64,000 nucleotides of DNA, from IMG/VR virus record IMGVR_UViG_3300021387_000109, positions 1 to 64,000 of that record; one strand, 5' to 3'. The DNA is from a virus (Duplodnaviria; Caudoviricetes). Positions 45,006 through 54,725 of this stretch are shown here, in pieces; within the stretch, counting starts at the first letter, position 1; the number at the start of each line of letters is the position of its first letter. The position numbers were made by a program, and so were the translations under genes. The notes under the pieces are model-generated. The model was not told where the DNA came from. It was given only the letters and a program-made list of their open reading frames with translations, and searched no databases.

Positions 45006-45365
45006 ATGACTAAGACTATTGAACTTACACAAGAAGAATTTGATCTTCTAGTCTATCTTTTAGATAAAGGTATTGATTGGGCAGAAACTAATCAAGATAA
45101 GATAGCAGGTATTGCTCTTAGCACTAAACTTGAAGCTCAGTCAAATGATTGGAAGACACGTTTTGAACTTGAGTATAGACAATTAAAGAAACGTACTCTA
45201 AAACTTAATGATGTGCTTACCAAATGGGATAGTAAAGGAATACCTCCTGGTATTACTAAATGTCCCAAGAGTCTCTATGAGTGGCAGTATCAGAGTATGC
45301 TTCAATACTTAGGTGCTCTAGAAGCAAGAGCAACAATTTTAGGAATTAATTTACATAAGGATTAA
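45006..45365 (+). CDS. Protein with C-terminal crAss001_48-like helical domain
   Basis: DWKTRFELEYRQLKKR.LKL..VL.KW......KCP..LYEWQY..ML.YLGALEARA.I.GINL. Confidence 0.6.
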   Translation: MTKTIELTQEEFDLLVYLLDKGIDWAETNQDKIAGIALSTKLEAQSNDWKTRFELEYRQLKKRTLKLNDVLTKWDSKGIPPGITKCPKSLYEWQYQSMLQYLGALEARATILGINLHKD

Positions 45366-45367
45366 AC

Positions 45368-45640
45368 ATGAAGAGAATTTTTAATGAACTGGTTCTTGAC
45401 AGACATTCTGGAACTGTAGAAATCAGTTCTTATGTTTCTGATGAAGATGCAAGAGAACGTAGAGGAGAAGTTCGTATTGAACAGGAAATTAATGGACATC
45501 ATATCTCCTTGGATCTTCTTCCTGAAGAAGCAAATGCTTTATCTGCTGCTATCTTTCAAGCCACTTATCATATTGATAGGGAATTGACATATAAGTATGA
45601 GCAAGAAGTATCTACTCCGGTTAAGCAGGACGGAGCTTGA
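45368..45640 (+). CDS. Hypothetical protein
   Basis: 90 aa ORF in tightly packed run. Confidence 0.6.
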   Translation: MKRIFNELVLDRHSGTVEISSYVSDEDARERRGEVRIEQEINGHHISLDLLPEEANALSAAIFQATYHIDRELTYKYEQEVSTPVKQDGA

Positions 45641-45830
45641 ACTTATTCAAGAAGTCCTAAGAACTAATGCAGATTACATAAAGATACTTTATGGTTTATA
45701 TCTGCGCTCAGGATGCTTAGAGACAGAAAAAGAAACTGTTGATAAGTCTCTTACCATCTGCAACAAAATAGATAAAGTATTGGATGTTGCAAATGACAAA
45801 GCACAACCAAAATCTACAAAAGATTCTTGA
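45597..45830 (+). CDS. Hypothetical protein
   Basis: 77 aa ORF. Confidence 0.5.
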   Translation: MSKKYLLRLSRTELELIQEVLRTNADYIKILYGLYLRSGCLETEKETVDKSLTICNKIDKVLDVANDKAQPKSTKDS

Positions 45831-46023
45831 ACCATTCAAACTTTATCAGTTTGATGTAAAAGAATTACTTGACTTCTTTATCTTTCTTGAAGCCCATATG
45901 GATTACATAGAAAGTGCAATCTATACATCTAGAACAAGTGAAGCAGCAGAAACTGCTAGAACAATTGAAAAGATTGCTAAAGATGGTATAGATTTATGTG
46001 AAGAATTAATGAGGAGTAGATAA
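45784..46023 (+). CDS. Hypothetical protein
   Basis: 79 aa ORF. Confidence 0.5.
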   Translation: MLQMTKHNQNLQKILEPFKLYQFDVKELLDFFIFLEAHMDYIESAIYTSRTSEAAETARTIEKIAKDGIDLCEELMRSR

Positions 46024-46343
46024 TGAAGGAAGATGATTTTAGATACCTCCTTGAAAAGAAGATATGTGAAGTACTAGAACCCCTCAAGTTTAGTATTGAG
46101 AAGTGTGTTCCAGGAGAATTTGAAGCACATTTTATTGGTCCTAATAGAACCATGCGATTGACTGTGAATACAGTTAATCATGTTACATTACTCTGGTATG
46201 AAGATGCTGGAGAAATTAGGATCAAATATCCAGCAAATGAAACTGGTAGATATGAACAAAAAATGTTTTTACAGGATATTTGTAAACAACAGAGTTTCGA
46301 TAACAATGACTATATCTCCTGTATTTTTAGAGGGGGAGATTAA
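46023..46343 (+). CDS. Hypothetical protein
   Basis: 106 aa, RBS GAGGAG, TAATG coupling. Confidence 0.6.
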   Translation: MKEDDFRYLLEKKICEVLEPLKFSIEKCVPGEFEAHFIGPNRTMRLTVNTVNHVTLLWYEDAGEIRIKYPANETGRYEQKMFLQDICKQQSFDNNDYISCIFRGGD

Positions 46344-46345
46344 TA

Positions 46346-46726
46346 ATGTCTGAATGGACTTTATACCTAATTATTATTGTTCATAACCTAGATTCTATTC
46401 TAGGTATTCTGCTTTGTTTATTCCTCTGTGTAGTAACTGTATGTGCTGCATTTGGAATTACTGGATATGTCATGTGTGATGAATATGAATCATCCAGATT
46501 TAAAAGCAAAATGCAATTCTTTAAAAAGATTTTAATGCATCCTCTTACAGTAGGATTTTTAATTCTCTCTCTTCTCTCTTCAATTCTGGTTCCTTCTTAC
46601 AAAGAGATTGTTGCTATTTACATTATTCCTAAGGTAATTAATGCACAGATGACCCAGAAACTTCCAGAGACAATCAATCTCTTCCTAAACAAATATATTA
46701 AGGAAATGTCCAATGAGAAGCACTAA
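46346..46726 (+). CDS. Hypothetical membrane protein
   Basis: Two hydrophobic segments, LVPSYKEIVAIYIIP motif common in phage membrane proteins. Confidence 0.65.
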   Translation: MSEWTLYLIIIVHNLDSILGILLCLFLCVVTVCAAFGITGYVMCDEYESSRFKSKMQFFKKILMHPLTVGFLILSLLSSILVPSYKEIVAIYIIPKVINAQMTQKLPETINLFLNKYIKEMSNEKH

Positions 46727-46916
46727 GAAGGAAGTTGGTATCTTTATTGAGGAGCAATTAACAGATCTAAGAAATCTTGTAAAGGATCTTAAGAAACCTG
46801 AAGATTTGATCCATAAGGAAAGAGATCCTCTTCAGGATATTTATGAACACCTTTATAAGATTAAAAAGTCTTTGGATTACTATAAGATTGCTCCTATTAC
46901 ATCCGTAAACAGTTAA
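46713..46916 (+). CDS. Hypothetical protein
   Basis: 67 aa ORF. Confidence 0.5.
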   Translation: MRSTKKEVGIFIEEQLTDLRNLVKDLKKPEDLIHKERDPLQDIYEHLYKIKKSLDYYKIAPITSVNS

Positions 46917-46924
46917 GGAAATAT

Positions 46925-47305
46925 ATGGAAAAGAATACAGATATGGTGAATAGACCACCACACTATAAGAAGCATATTGCTACTCTTGAACCTATTGATG
47001 TTCTAGAGTATCTTACCTTCAATCTTGGCAATGCCTTCAAGTATCTTATTCGAGCCAAGGATAAAGGAAATGAACTTCAGGATTTGAAGAAGTCAGAGTG
47101 GTATTTTCAAAGAGCTACTAGGAGAGGTGAAGTCGATGAATTAAAGCCAAAGACCCTTCTTCTACTAAGTTTATACTTTAAACATCAAAAGCAAGTATTT
47201 AAAGTAGGAGAATATAGATATGATTATTTTGAGCCAGATGCAATAATTGGTAATATGCGTAGATATATTCAATTCCGAATTGAAGAACTTGAGGAAAAAG
47301 AATAA
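46925..47305 (+). CDS. DUF3310 (T7 gp1.7-like nucleotide kinase) family protein
   Basis: DMVNRPPHY, FNLGNAFKYLIRA..KG...QDLKKSEWY. Confidence 0.85.
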   Translation: MEKNTDMVNRPPHYKKHIATLEPIDVLEYLTFNLGNAFKYLIRAKDKGNELQDLKKSEWYFQRATRRGEVDELKPKTLLLLSLYFKHQKQVFKVGEYRYDYFEPDAIIGNMRRYIQFRIEELEEKE

Positions 47306-47847
47306 TGGAAGAATTTGTTGAAAAGCGAGTGAAGATGCGTAATAACTTCGGTAGGAAGTTTGAAGTCTGCAAGAAGTATATTTCAGATCATGGTGAAACC
47401 AATATTGTTCTTCCTAGGAGACAAACTCCTCATTCAGCAGGATATGACTTTTATTGTGCAGAAACTGTTAGAATTCCTTCTATTTGGAAACAGGCTATCA
47501 AAGCTCTATTTCTAAGGAAACCTGTACAACCTACAGTGGTGTTTACTCATGTCAAAGCTAAAATGCGTCCTAACGAGTTTCTTTTACTCGCTAATAGATC
47601 GAGCAGTCCTAGTAGGCTGGGTCTTGTATGTGCTAATGGTGTCGGCATTGTGGATAGGGATTTCTACAATAATCCTGATAACGATGGCGATATTGGTTTC
47701 TCCTTTTATAATCTTATGCCTTGGGATACAGTACTTCATCCAGGTGACAGGATTGGACAAGGTATTTTCCAAACGTACCTAAAGACAGAAGATGATAGTC
47801 CCCTTATTAAGTCAAGGTCTGGTGGCTTTGGTTCAACCAATAAGTAA
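47305..47847 (+). CDS. dut: Trimeric dUTPase
   Basis: HSAGYDF, NRSS, GVGIVDRDF, DRIGQGIF, RSGGFGST. Confidence 0.95.
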   Translation: MEEFVEKRVKMRNNFGRKFEVCKKYISDHGETNIVLPRRQTPHSAGYDFYCAETVRIPSIWKQAIKALFLRKPVQPTVVFTHVKAKMRPNEFLLLANRSSSPSRLGLVCANGVGIVDRDFYNNPDNDGDIGFSFYNLMPWDTVLHPGDRIGQGIFQTYLKTEDDSPLIKSRSGGFGSTNK

Positions 47848-48274
47848 ATACCTTATCTCTGGTTCTATAGGCATAGCAATAGGTCTAGGAATAGCATCCT
47901 ATTACTATAACCTGAAAATGGATAGGATTACTAAAGACTATGTGGCATCCATTGATCAGGCTAGATCCAAAGAGAAGGAATGGATGCAGGTTGCAAATGA
48001 AATTGAGAACGCTTACAAAGATAAACTTACTGCTGTTAATAGGGATCACAACGAACTTGTTAATGGGTTGCGCAAGCAACTCAGTGAGTATTCCCAAAGA
48101 GTGTCCTCAACTTCAACAACCTCCAGCAAGTCTGATGATTCAACCAGAAGAACCGAAGTGGCAGAAAGACTTGGAGATCTTGTTGAATTCTCTTCAAAGT
48201 GTTCTAAGCGAGTTGACCAACTCATTATCCAAGTAAATTCTCTTCAGGAGTTTATTAAGAATGAGCGAAAATAG
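47792..48274 (+). CDS. i-spanin (Rz-like); exact start uncertain
   Basis: Single N-terminal TM (IGIAIGLGIASYYY) then coiled coil; carries embedded lipoprotein gene. Confidence 0.7.
   Translation: MIVPLLSQGLVALVQPISKYLISGSIGIAIGLGIASYYYNLKMDRITKDYVASIDQARSKEKEWMQVANEIENAYKDKLTAVNRDHNELVNGLRKQLSEYSQRVSSTSTTSSKSDDSTRRTEVAERLGDLVEFSSKCSKRVDQLIIQVNSLQEFIKNERK
47997..48236 (+). CDS. o-spanin (Rz1-like lipoprotein) embedded in i-spanin
   Basis: MKLRTLTKINLLLLIGITTNLLMG|C lipobox, Pro-rich CPQLQQPPASLMIQP. Confidence 0.75.
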   Translation: MKLRTLTKINLLLLIGITTNLLMGCASNSVSIPKECPQLQQPPASLMIQPEEPKWQKDLEILLNSLQSVLSELTNSLSK

Positions 48275-50264
48275 TCTTGTCACCAGATTTCAAAAGTATG
48301 ACCCAGAGGACATTAACTTTGTAAATATGGTTTGTCATATCAGAGGAATTGAATCCCCTTTTGTTTTAATGGTTGATCTATATGATGAAGTTCAAGCATT
48401 AAGAAGTAATGGAGATGGCATATCTACTGTTCTAGATATAGGTACAGGAGATCGAGTTGTTGATTCAAAAATAAAGAATCTTCATCAAGAAATTGCTTTA
48501 GATTTCCTTAGACCTACTCTTGGTTCAATAAAGAAGAAATTCTATGATACCTTTGGATGAAAGCCTACGGGATATCTGTAATATCTGTACTATAGCTGAT
48601 CTTGATAATCCTCTTAAGCAAATTTTAAAAATTGTTGAGGATAGTCTATCTGAATGTAATAGTACTCTAAATGTAACTTTTGGTATAGAACAGAAAGTAA
48701 ATGATGCTTGGCTAAACAATCCACTTTATATAGATATGATTAATGAAATTCATTTTGCCCAGCGAAGAATACAGTGTTCTATGGACCCTCTTAAATATTT
48801 AAGGGTAGTTTTATTAGATGCTCTCTCAGAACGAAAAATCAGTTCAGACTCCTCTAGATAACTTAAAAGAGTTCTGTAAAACCTATCAATTAGAAGACCC
48901 TTCCCAAGAATTTGAGAAGGGTTTTTTAGATCTTATTGAAAGTTTTGGACAACAATTGGAATTTTTTGCAGGCAGTATCTGGTATGTTAAAAATTGCTGT
49001 CCAAGATTCATATTGGATACTATCAGTATACCTACTGAAAGAAAACTAACTGAATTTAAGACAGCCTATGCTGAAGCACGACATAAGTTTCTTACAGATC
49101 CAAAAGATAACTCAGTTCTGTGAGTTATATAACTTGGAAAATCCTCTGATTCCTGTAATGGAAGAATTTGAATGGATACTAACATATTTACATGACTGTA
49201 TCTCTTCACATACTAGATATTTAAAAAATTGTGAACGAATTCTAGAGCAAGTATGTCCAGATGAAATAAGAATAAGAAATGATATATCAAAGCGATATCA
49301 AGATGCTTTAAATAAATATTCAGCATTTTATTGGCATGATGGTTTCTACTCAACAGTACATTTAGCTATGACTAATAAAGGAGAAAATAATGAGTAATCC
49401 ATCTTATCCACTAGGAACAGTCGTATATAACATGAGTAAACCATATTATTCAGAAGAAATAATTCAGACATGTTTGGATCGTACCAAGGGTACATCTGGA
49501 TTTAGCAATACTTTATATGAAGCCTGTTTTAATTGTGATGAAGAAACTTTTAAGAATCTTCAAAACATTGTTCAAAAGGAAAAACGGAAGATACTAGAAT
49601 TCTGTACTTTATATGAACTTACTCCTCCAACTCAAATCTTTGAAATATATCAGTATTTTCTTGAAAGAACCCTTGCAGTTCTAGAAAGTCTTCAAAGTGA
49701 TTATGACTATCTAAAGGAAAGAGTTCAAGAACTTGATTCTGTTCTTGATTATGACTATGAAGATGTTCGTAGTGATAATTCTATTGATGACATCTTTAGA
49801 GCCATTAAGCAGAATGATGTAACAGAAGATTATGAACGTGAACTTAAGCGTCTATCAAAAACTCTAGAATGTCTATTTCCCTATGAGGATGAGAAATGAT
49901 TGCAGATACGATAGATCCAAAGGAATTAAGAGAACAATATAAGAAGGTCAAAGAATTTTGTACTTTGTATGAAATAAAAGATCCATTTCTAGAATTCTAT
50001 GATTCCTACTTTAGTGAGTTTCTTAATGAGGTCGATAATCTTTTAAATATTGTAGATGAGATTAATGAAACTGGAAAAGTTCTTTCTGAAAAACTGCCTG
50101 ATGACAGTATTGCAATTGAAAAACCTCTCATTGAAAGAGTTTACTCTACTCATAACAATGTACTCTTCAAGGCTCTTATTTCTCAATCAGAAATATTGCT
50201 AGAGGAATCTAAAACAAAGTTACAGGAATACGATAAAGTCCTTAGACAAGTATTTAAAGTATAA
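48261..50264 (+). CDS. Tandem array of six paralogous hypothetical proteins (48261, 48544, 48818, 49068, 49390, 49896)
   Basis: Shared motif FCx(L/T)Yx(L/I)xxP in four; degenerate forms VCHIRGIESP and ICTIADLDNP in two. Confidence 0.7.
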
Positions 50265-50265
50265 A

Positions 50266-51525
50266 ATGAATCTAACAAATGAACAACAGAAGGCAGTTGA
50301 TGCCTTTTTCTCCTTCCTACTCTCGGAAGATAAGAATTTTTACCTCTTCGGGAGTGCAGGAACAGGTAAAAGTTTTTTAATCAAGTATTTCCTGGATTCT
50401 GTACTCGAACAATATAGACAAACTAATCAACTTTATAGTCTGAATGATCCATTGGATCATGTCGTTGTGTCTGCACCTACTCATAAGGCTGTAGAAGCTT
50501 TACATGACAAGACTAATAAAGAGGTTATTACAACCTTTGAAGCTATTCAGGTTAGAGTAAAGACTTCTGGAAGAAAGGTTGAGTACATTCCTTATGGACC
50601 AATGCCAAGCACTGACATTCTCTTTATTGATGAATGTTCTTTTCTACCTGAAGATCTACTTCCTTTTATCAATGCTTGTGCAAAGAAGGTTGTCTATATT
50701 GGAGATCCTTATCAATTGATTCCTGAAAAGGGTATCAACTGGCTCAAATATACTTCTAAAGCAAGTATTCTTACTGAAGTCAAGAGAACTGGTAATCAGG
50801 ATATTATGGATATGAGCAATTATCTAAGAAATCTCTTGATTTCTGGATCAAAGAATAAGATTGATGTTACTCTAGATTCTGATTGCATTCATATTTTGAA
50901 TGATGATCAAATGATCAAAAATCTAGATGATACTTTCAAGACTTCAGATACAAATGGTAAGGTTCTTTGCTTTACCAATGAATGTGTATTGAATTATCTA
51001 AAGTATATTCAATCTACAGTCAGGAAAGAATTTCGGGATAGAGTTCCAAAGAATACTTATATTAATAATGCATTTACAGAAATTAGTCAGAATAGAAAAT
51101 TCTATCCTGAAACTCCTATTAAGCTAATTAAGTTTATAGAGGATAGAAACTTTAGAGGTATTGATTATGAAGTATGGAATTGTGAAGTCTATGGAAGAAT
51201 TCACACTCTTCCTGTAGTTAAGAATGCAAATGAACTGAAACTTGCTCTTAGAAAGTATTGGGATAATACAGATGTCTATGATACCTTGAAGAAAGGTTTT
51301 GTTGATCTTAGACAGCCTTGGGCAAGTACCATTCATAAATCTCAAGGAAGTTCTTATGACACAGTATTTATTGACCTGAATTCTTTCAAGGTCTGTAAAG
51401 ATTTGGAAACTGCCATCAGACTTCTCTATGTGGCTGTGTCAAGAGCAGTTGATAAAGTTTATCTTTATGGCTCACTTCCGAAACGATTTGGGAGTATCAA
51501 AGATGCGAATGCTTTGTCAATTTGA
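50266..51525 (+). CDS. SF1B Dda/RecD-like DNA helicase
   Basis: GSAGTGKS, FIDECS, IGDPYQL, TIHKSQGSSY, YVAVSRA. Confidence 0.92.
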   Translation: MNLTNEQQKAVDAFFSFLLSEDKNFYLFGSAGTGKSFLIKYFLDSVLEQYRQTNQLYSLNDPLDHVVVSAPTHKAVEALHDKTNKEVITTFEAIQVRVKTSGRKVEYIPYGPMPSTDILFIDECSFLPEDLLPFINACAKKVVYIGDPYQLIPEKGINWLKYTSKASILTEVKRTGNQDIMDMSNYLRNLLISGSKNKIDVTLDSDCIHILNDDQMIKNLDDTFKTSDTNGKVLCFTNECVLNYLKYIQSTVRKEFRDRVPKNTYINNAFTEISQNRKFYPETPIKLIKFIEDRNFRGIDYEVWNCEVYGRIHTLPVVKNANELKLALRKYWDNTDVYDTLKKGFVDLRQPWASTIHKSQGSSYDTVFIDLNSFKVCKDLETAIRLLYVAVSRAVDKVYLYGSLPKRFGSIKDANALSI

Positions 51526-52060
51526 TGTAGATGTAGGAATCAAAACCCACAAAGTAACTAAGCAAATCTTTAAAGGTGCTGCTTTTATTTATTATGATAC
51601 CTTGGTTCATACATTGGAACAGATTTCAAAAGATCCAGTACCTTATTGTGCAAGATTCAGAGGACAGGTCTTCATTGACCCAGAAGCATATGTAAATTTT
51701 TATGATTTATCACATCCTGTAATAATCACAGAAGAGTCTCCTACATATGATCTGTTTGTACAACTCAGAGACAATCTTAATGTCCTGCGTACAGATGTCC
51801 GTTTGATTAATCAGTATATCATTACTTTAGAATTAGCCTATGGTAAGGATAGACAAAAACTAAGAAATGCCATTCCTGACATTCTTACCAGATTCTTTAA
51901 TCTAGAAGATATTCCTAGAACTGCTCAAGGTAATTATTCTGATAAGTTTTCTCCGAACATCAAGAAGATGATAGAAGATAGACTGGACTATTATTGCAGT
52001 CTAAGTGTGTTTATGGAAACCAAGTATGGACAAGTCTTCGATTCTAATTTTGACAACTGA
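51503..52060 (+). CDS. N4 gp38-like protein
   Basis: Position between helicase and polymerase; QKLRNAIPDIL motif. Confidence 0.55.
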   Translation: MRMLCQFDVDVGIKTHKVTKQIFKGAAFIYYDTLVHTLEQISKDPVPYCARFRGQVFIDPEAYVNFYDLSHPVIITEESPTYDLFVQLRDNLNVLRTDVRLINQYIITLELAYGKDRQKLRNAIPDILTRFFNLEDIPRTAQGNYSDKFSPNIKKMIEDRLDYYCSLSVFMETKYGQVFDSNFDN

Positions 52061-53984
52061 GAATAGAGCAGACAAGATCAAGAAGGAATACATTGACAAA
52101 ATCCATTTAGATCCAAGCAATATTCAGGTAGGCACTCTTTACGTAGATAAGACAAGGAAGAAAACCAAGACCTCAGACATTAAAGAGTATCTGTCTTCTA
52201 TCTCTGAAGAGATCAGTAAGTATGATTATGTACTCATTGCTGATCCAGAATATTTTAAAGTATATTCTGGTTCAAAGAATGCAGTACAGTCTCTAGGTTA
52301 TCTTATTCCTGTTGGTTCTCAAAAAGTTGCCTATCTGCCTAACTATAAGGCTATCTTCTATGATCCAGTAAAGACAAGAGCAAATATTGATATTGCAATT
52401 AATGCTCTTAACAAGGATCTGGAAGGTAAATATCAAGATCCAGGTAAGGATATTATTGAATATTCCTGTTATCCAGATACTGTAGAAGATATCCAAGAAG
52501 CTCTAGAAGCCATTAAATTGGCTCCTAAGTTGACTTGTGATATTGAAACTTATTCCTTGCATGTACAGGATGCAGGATTAGCCTCTATTACCTTCTGTTG
52601 GAATGAGCATAAAGGCATAGCCTTCAAGATTGATGATGGAAAAGACAAACCTAACTATATGGTTAGAAAGTTTCTTAAAGACTTTTTTATGTCTTATCGA
52701 GGAACTCTGATATTCCATAACATCTCTTTTGATGCAACTATCCTTATTTATAATCTCTTTATGGAGGATATTGAGGATGTTCAACATCTTCTCTTGGGTC
52801 TTCGGACTCTTCTTTGGAACTTTGAAGACACTAAGCTTATTGCTTATCTTGCTACTAATTCTTGTTCTGGTAATGAACTAGGTTTGAAAGCACTCTCTAG
52901 AGAGTTTGCTGGAAACTATGCTCAGGAAGATATTGATGATGTAACTAAGATTCCTCTAGATCAATTGCTTCAATATAACCTTACTGACGGATTGGCTACT
53001 TGGTATGTCTATAACAAGTACTATCCCAAGATGGTTAATGATGATCAATTAGAGATTTATGAAGAACTCTTCAAGCCTGCTGTAGTTGACATTGTTCAGA
53101 TGCAACTGACAGGCATTCCTATGGATATGAACAGAGTTCTTGAAGTAGAACAGATACTTCTAAATGATCAGAATGCAGCACTTGAGACAATCAAGAACAA
53201 TAAGTATGTACAACAGTATGTCAACATCCTGAATGAAAGATGGGTTACCCAAAAGAATAACAAATTAAAGACCAAAAGAGTTACTATAGAGGATGCTCAT
53301 GAAGAATTCAATCCTAGAAGTCCTCTACATCTGAAAGGTCTTTTATATGATTTTTTGGAGTTACCTATACTCGCTAAAACAGCAACCTGTCAACCTAGCA
53401 CGGATGGAGATACTATTACTGCTCTACGTAATCATACGACTGATCCAGATGTGCTATCTGTACTACAAGGGCTTTTAGATTATTCTGCTGTTGATAAGAT
53501 CTTGACTGCCTTCATACCTGCATTTAAACGAGCTATAAAGGCCCGTAGTGGCCATCATTACCTCTTGGGAGGGTTCAACCTTGGTGGTACTGTTAGTGGT
53601 CGTCTAAGCAGTTCTAAGCCGAATTTACAGCAATTGCCCTCTACAGGCTCAAAGTATGCTAAGGTTATCAAGTCCTGTTTCAAGGCACCTGAAGGATGGT
53701 TATTCTGTGGTCTAGACTTTGCTGCTTTGGAAGATCATATTTCAGCACTAACCACCAAAGACCCCAATAAACTCAAAGTCTATGAACAGTCTTTTGACGG
53801 GCATTGTTTAAGAGCATTCTCCTATTTTGGAGATCAGATGCCTGACATTACTGCTGAGATTGAAGAAGTAAAGAAACCTGGAAAGGTGTACAAAGTGGAA
53901 CTAGATGATGGTTCTATCAAGTATTTGAATGAAAATAATCCTGAATTAAAGGAGTTGTTAAATGAGAGTAACAAAAGCAATTAG
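52005..53984 (+). CDS. Family A DNA polymerase, N-terminal part (3'-5' exonuclease to motif A)
   Basis: LTCDIETYS, FHNISFDA, YNLTDGLATW, GTVSGRLSSSKPNLQQLP, motif A GLDFAALED; lacks motifs B and C. Confidence 0.9.
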   Translation: MCLWKPSMDKSSILILTTENRADKIKKEYIDKIHLDPSNIQVGTLYVDKTRKKTKTSDIKEYLSSISEEISKYDYVLIADPEYFKVYSGSKNAVQSLGYLIPVGSQKVAYLPNYKAIFYDPVKTRANIDIAINALNKDLEGKYQDPGKDIIEYSCYPDTVEDIQEALEAIKLAPKLTCDIETYSLHVQDAGLASITFCWNEHKGIAFKIDDGKDKPNYMVRKFLKDFFMSYRGTLIFHNISFDATILIYNLFMEDIEDVQHLLLGLRTLLWNFEDTKLIAYLATNSCSGNELGLKALSREFAGNYAQEDIDDVTKIPLDQLLQYNLTDGLATWYVYNKYYPKMVNDDQLEIYEELFKPAVVDIVQMQLTGIPMDMNRVLEVEQILLNDQNAALETIKNNKYVQQYVNILNERWVTQKNNKLKTKRVTIEDAHEEFNPRSPLHLKGLLYDFLELPILAKTATCQPSTDGDTITALRNHTTDPDVLSVLQGLLDYSAVDKILTAFIPAFKRAIKARSGHHYLLGGFNLGGTVSGRLSSSKPNLQQLPSTGSKYAKVIKSCFKAPEGWLFCGLDFAALEDHISALTTKDPNKLKVYEQSFDGHCLRAFSYFGDQMPDITAEIEEVKKPGKVYKVELDDGSIKYLNENNPELKELLNESNKSN

Positions 53985-54414
53985 AGAATATATTGAAGAT
54001 CAAGTCAGGCTGAAGACCAAGTCTCAGTTGGAAGAAATTGAGACTCAGATCAAGAAGTGGGATGATGATCTTGAAGTTCAAAAGAATAAGTTTAAGGCAT
54101 TAGGAAATAAGGAAATTATCAAGTTTGTTACGGCCTTATATCCTAAGCTTCAAAAAGTCACTCCTAAGGATACTACTTTTCATCTATCTCTCTGGAGTCG
54201 ACAAGGTGAAGCCTTAGAAGATTTTATTGGAGGCTTTACTGACTTCTTTGAAGATAAGATTCGTTTTAAATATACGAATCCATATACAGAGAAGAAGCAG
54301 AAGTTTATTAATCTGCGTGAACAGAAGATTACTGAAATCATTCTCCAACTGGAACTTGGAGCCAAGAGAGAAGAACTTCAGGAAATGCTTTCCAATATTA
54401 TTATTGAAGTTTAA
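53962..54414 (+). CDS. Hypothetical protein nested between the polymerase halves
   Basis: 150 aa, RBS AAGGAG, overlaps polymerase N-part stop. Confidence 0.7.
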   Translation: MRVTKAIREYIEDQVRLKTKSQLEEIETQIKKWDDDLEVQKNKFKALGNKEIIKFVTALYPKLQKVTPKDTTFHLSLWSRQGEALEDFIGGFTDFFEDKIRFKYTNPYTEKKQKFINLREQKITEIILQLELGAKREELQEMLSNIIIEV

Positions 54415-54416
54415 TC

Positions 54417-54725
54417 TTGAAAGTACTAACTTTTGAAGACAAAACCTCTAAAAGATCCTTTCCTTTCTCCAGTTCAACAATAACAAAGATCAGAAAAGAG
54501 TTTCCTCATATTGAAGAAGATGAACTCTTTAAGAAACTGGTTGATGTTGTTGTTAAATGCAGATGGGAAAGGACTGATTCCTTCTGGTGGAAGACACCTA
54601 CAAGTGGGCATGTTAGAGGTAAGAGCGGTTATCTAAAAACAGGTTTATCGAAGGTTTACATTGAAAATACAAGAGATAGACCCAAAACTAGCCGAAGTAG
54701 AAATCATCAACAGCATCAAAAGTAG
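54417..54725 (+). CDS. Possible second nested hypothetical protein
   Basis: TTG-start 102 aa ORF overlapping polymerase C-part by 65 nt. Confidence 0.4.
   Translation: MKVLTFEDKTSKRSFPFSSSTITKIRKEFPHIEEDELFKKLVDVVVKCRWERTDSFWWKTPTSGHVRGKSGYLKTGLSKVYIENTRDRPKTSRSRNHQQHQK

Noticed and set aside
53985-54660. Group I intron or intein in the DNA polymerase
   Set aside because: The gap is wall-to-wall coding with no recognisable P7 core or intein N/C-terminal motifs; kept as a split-gene finding, but RT-PCR is needed to exclude splicing
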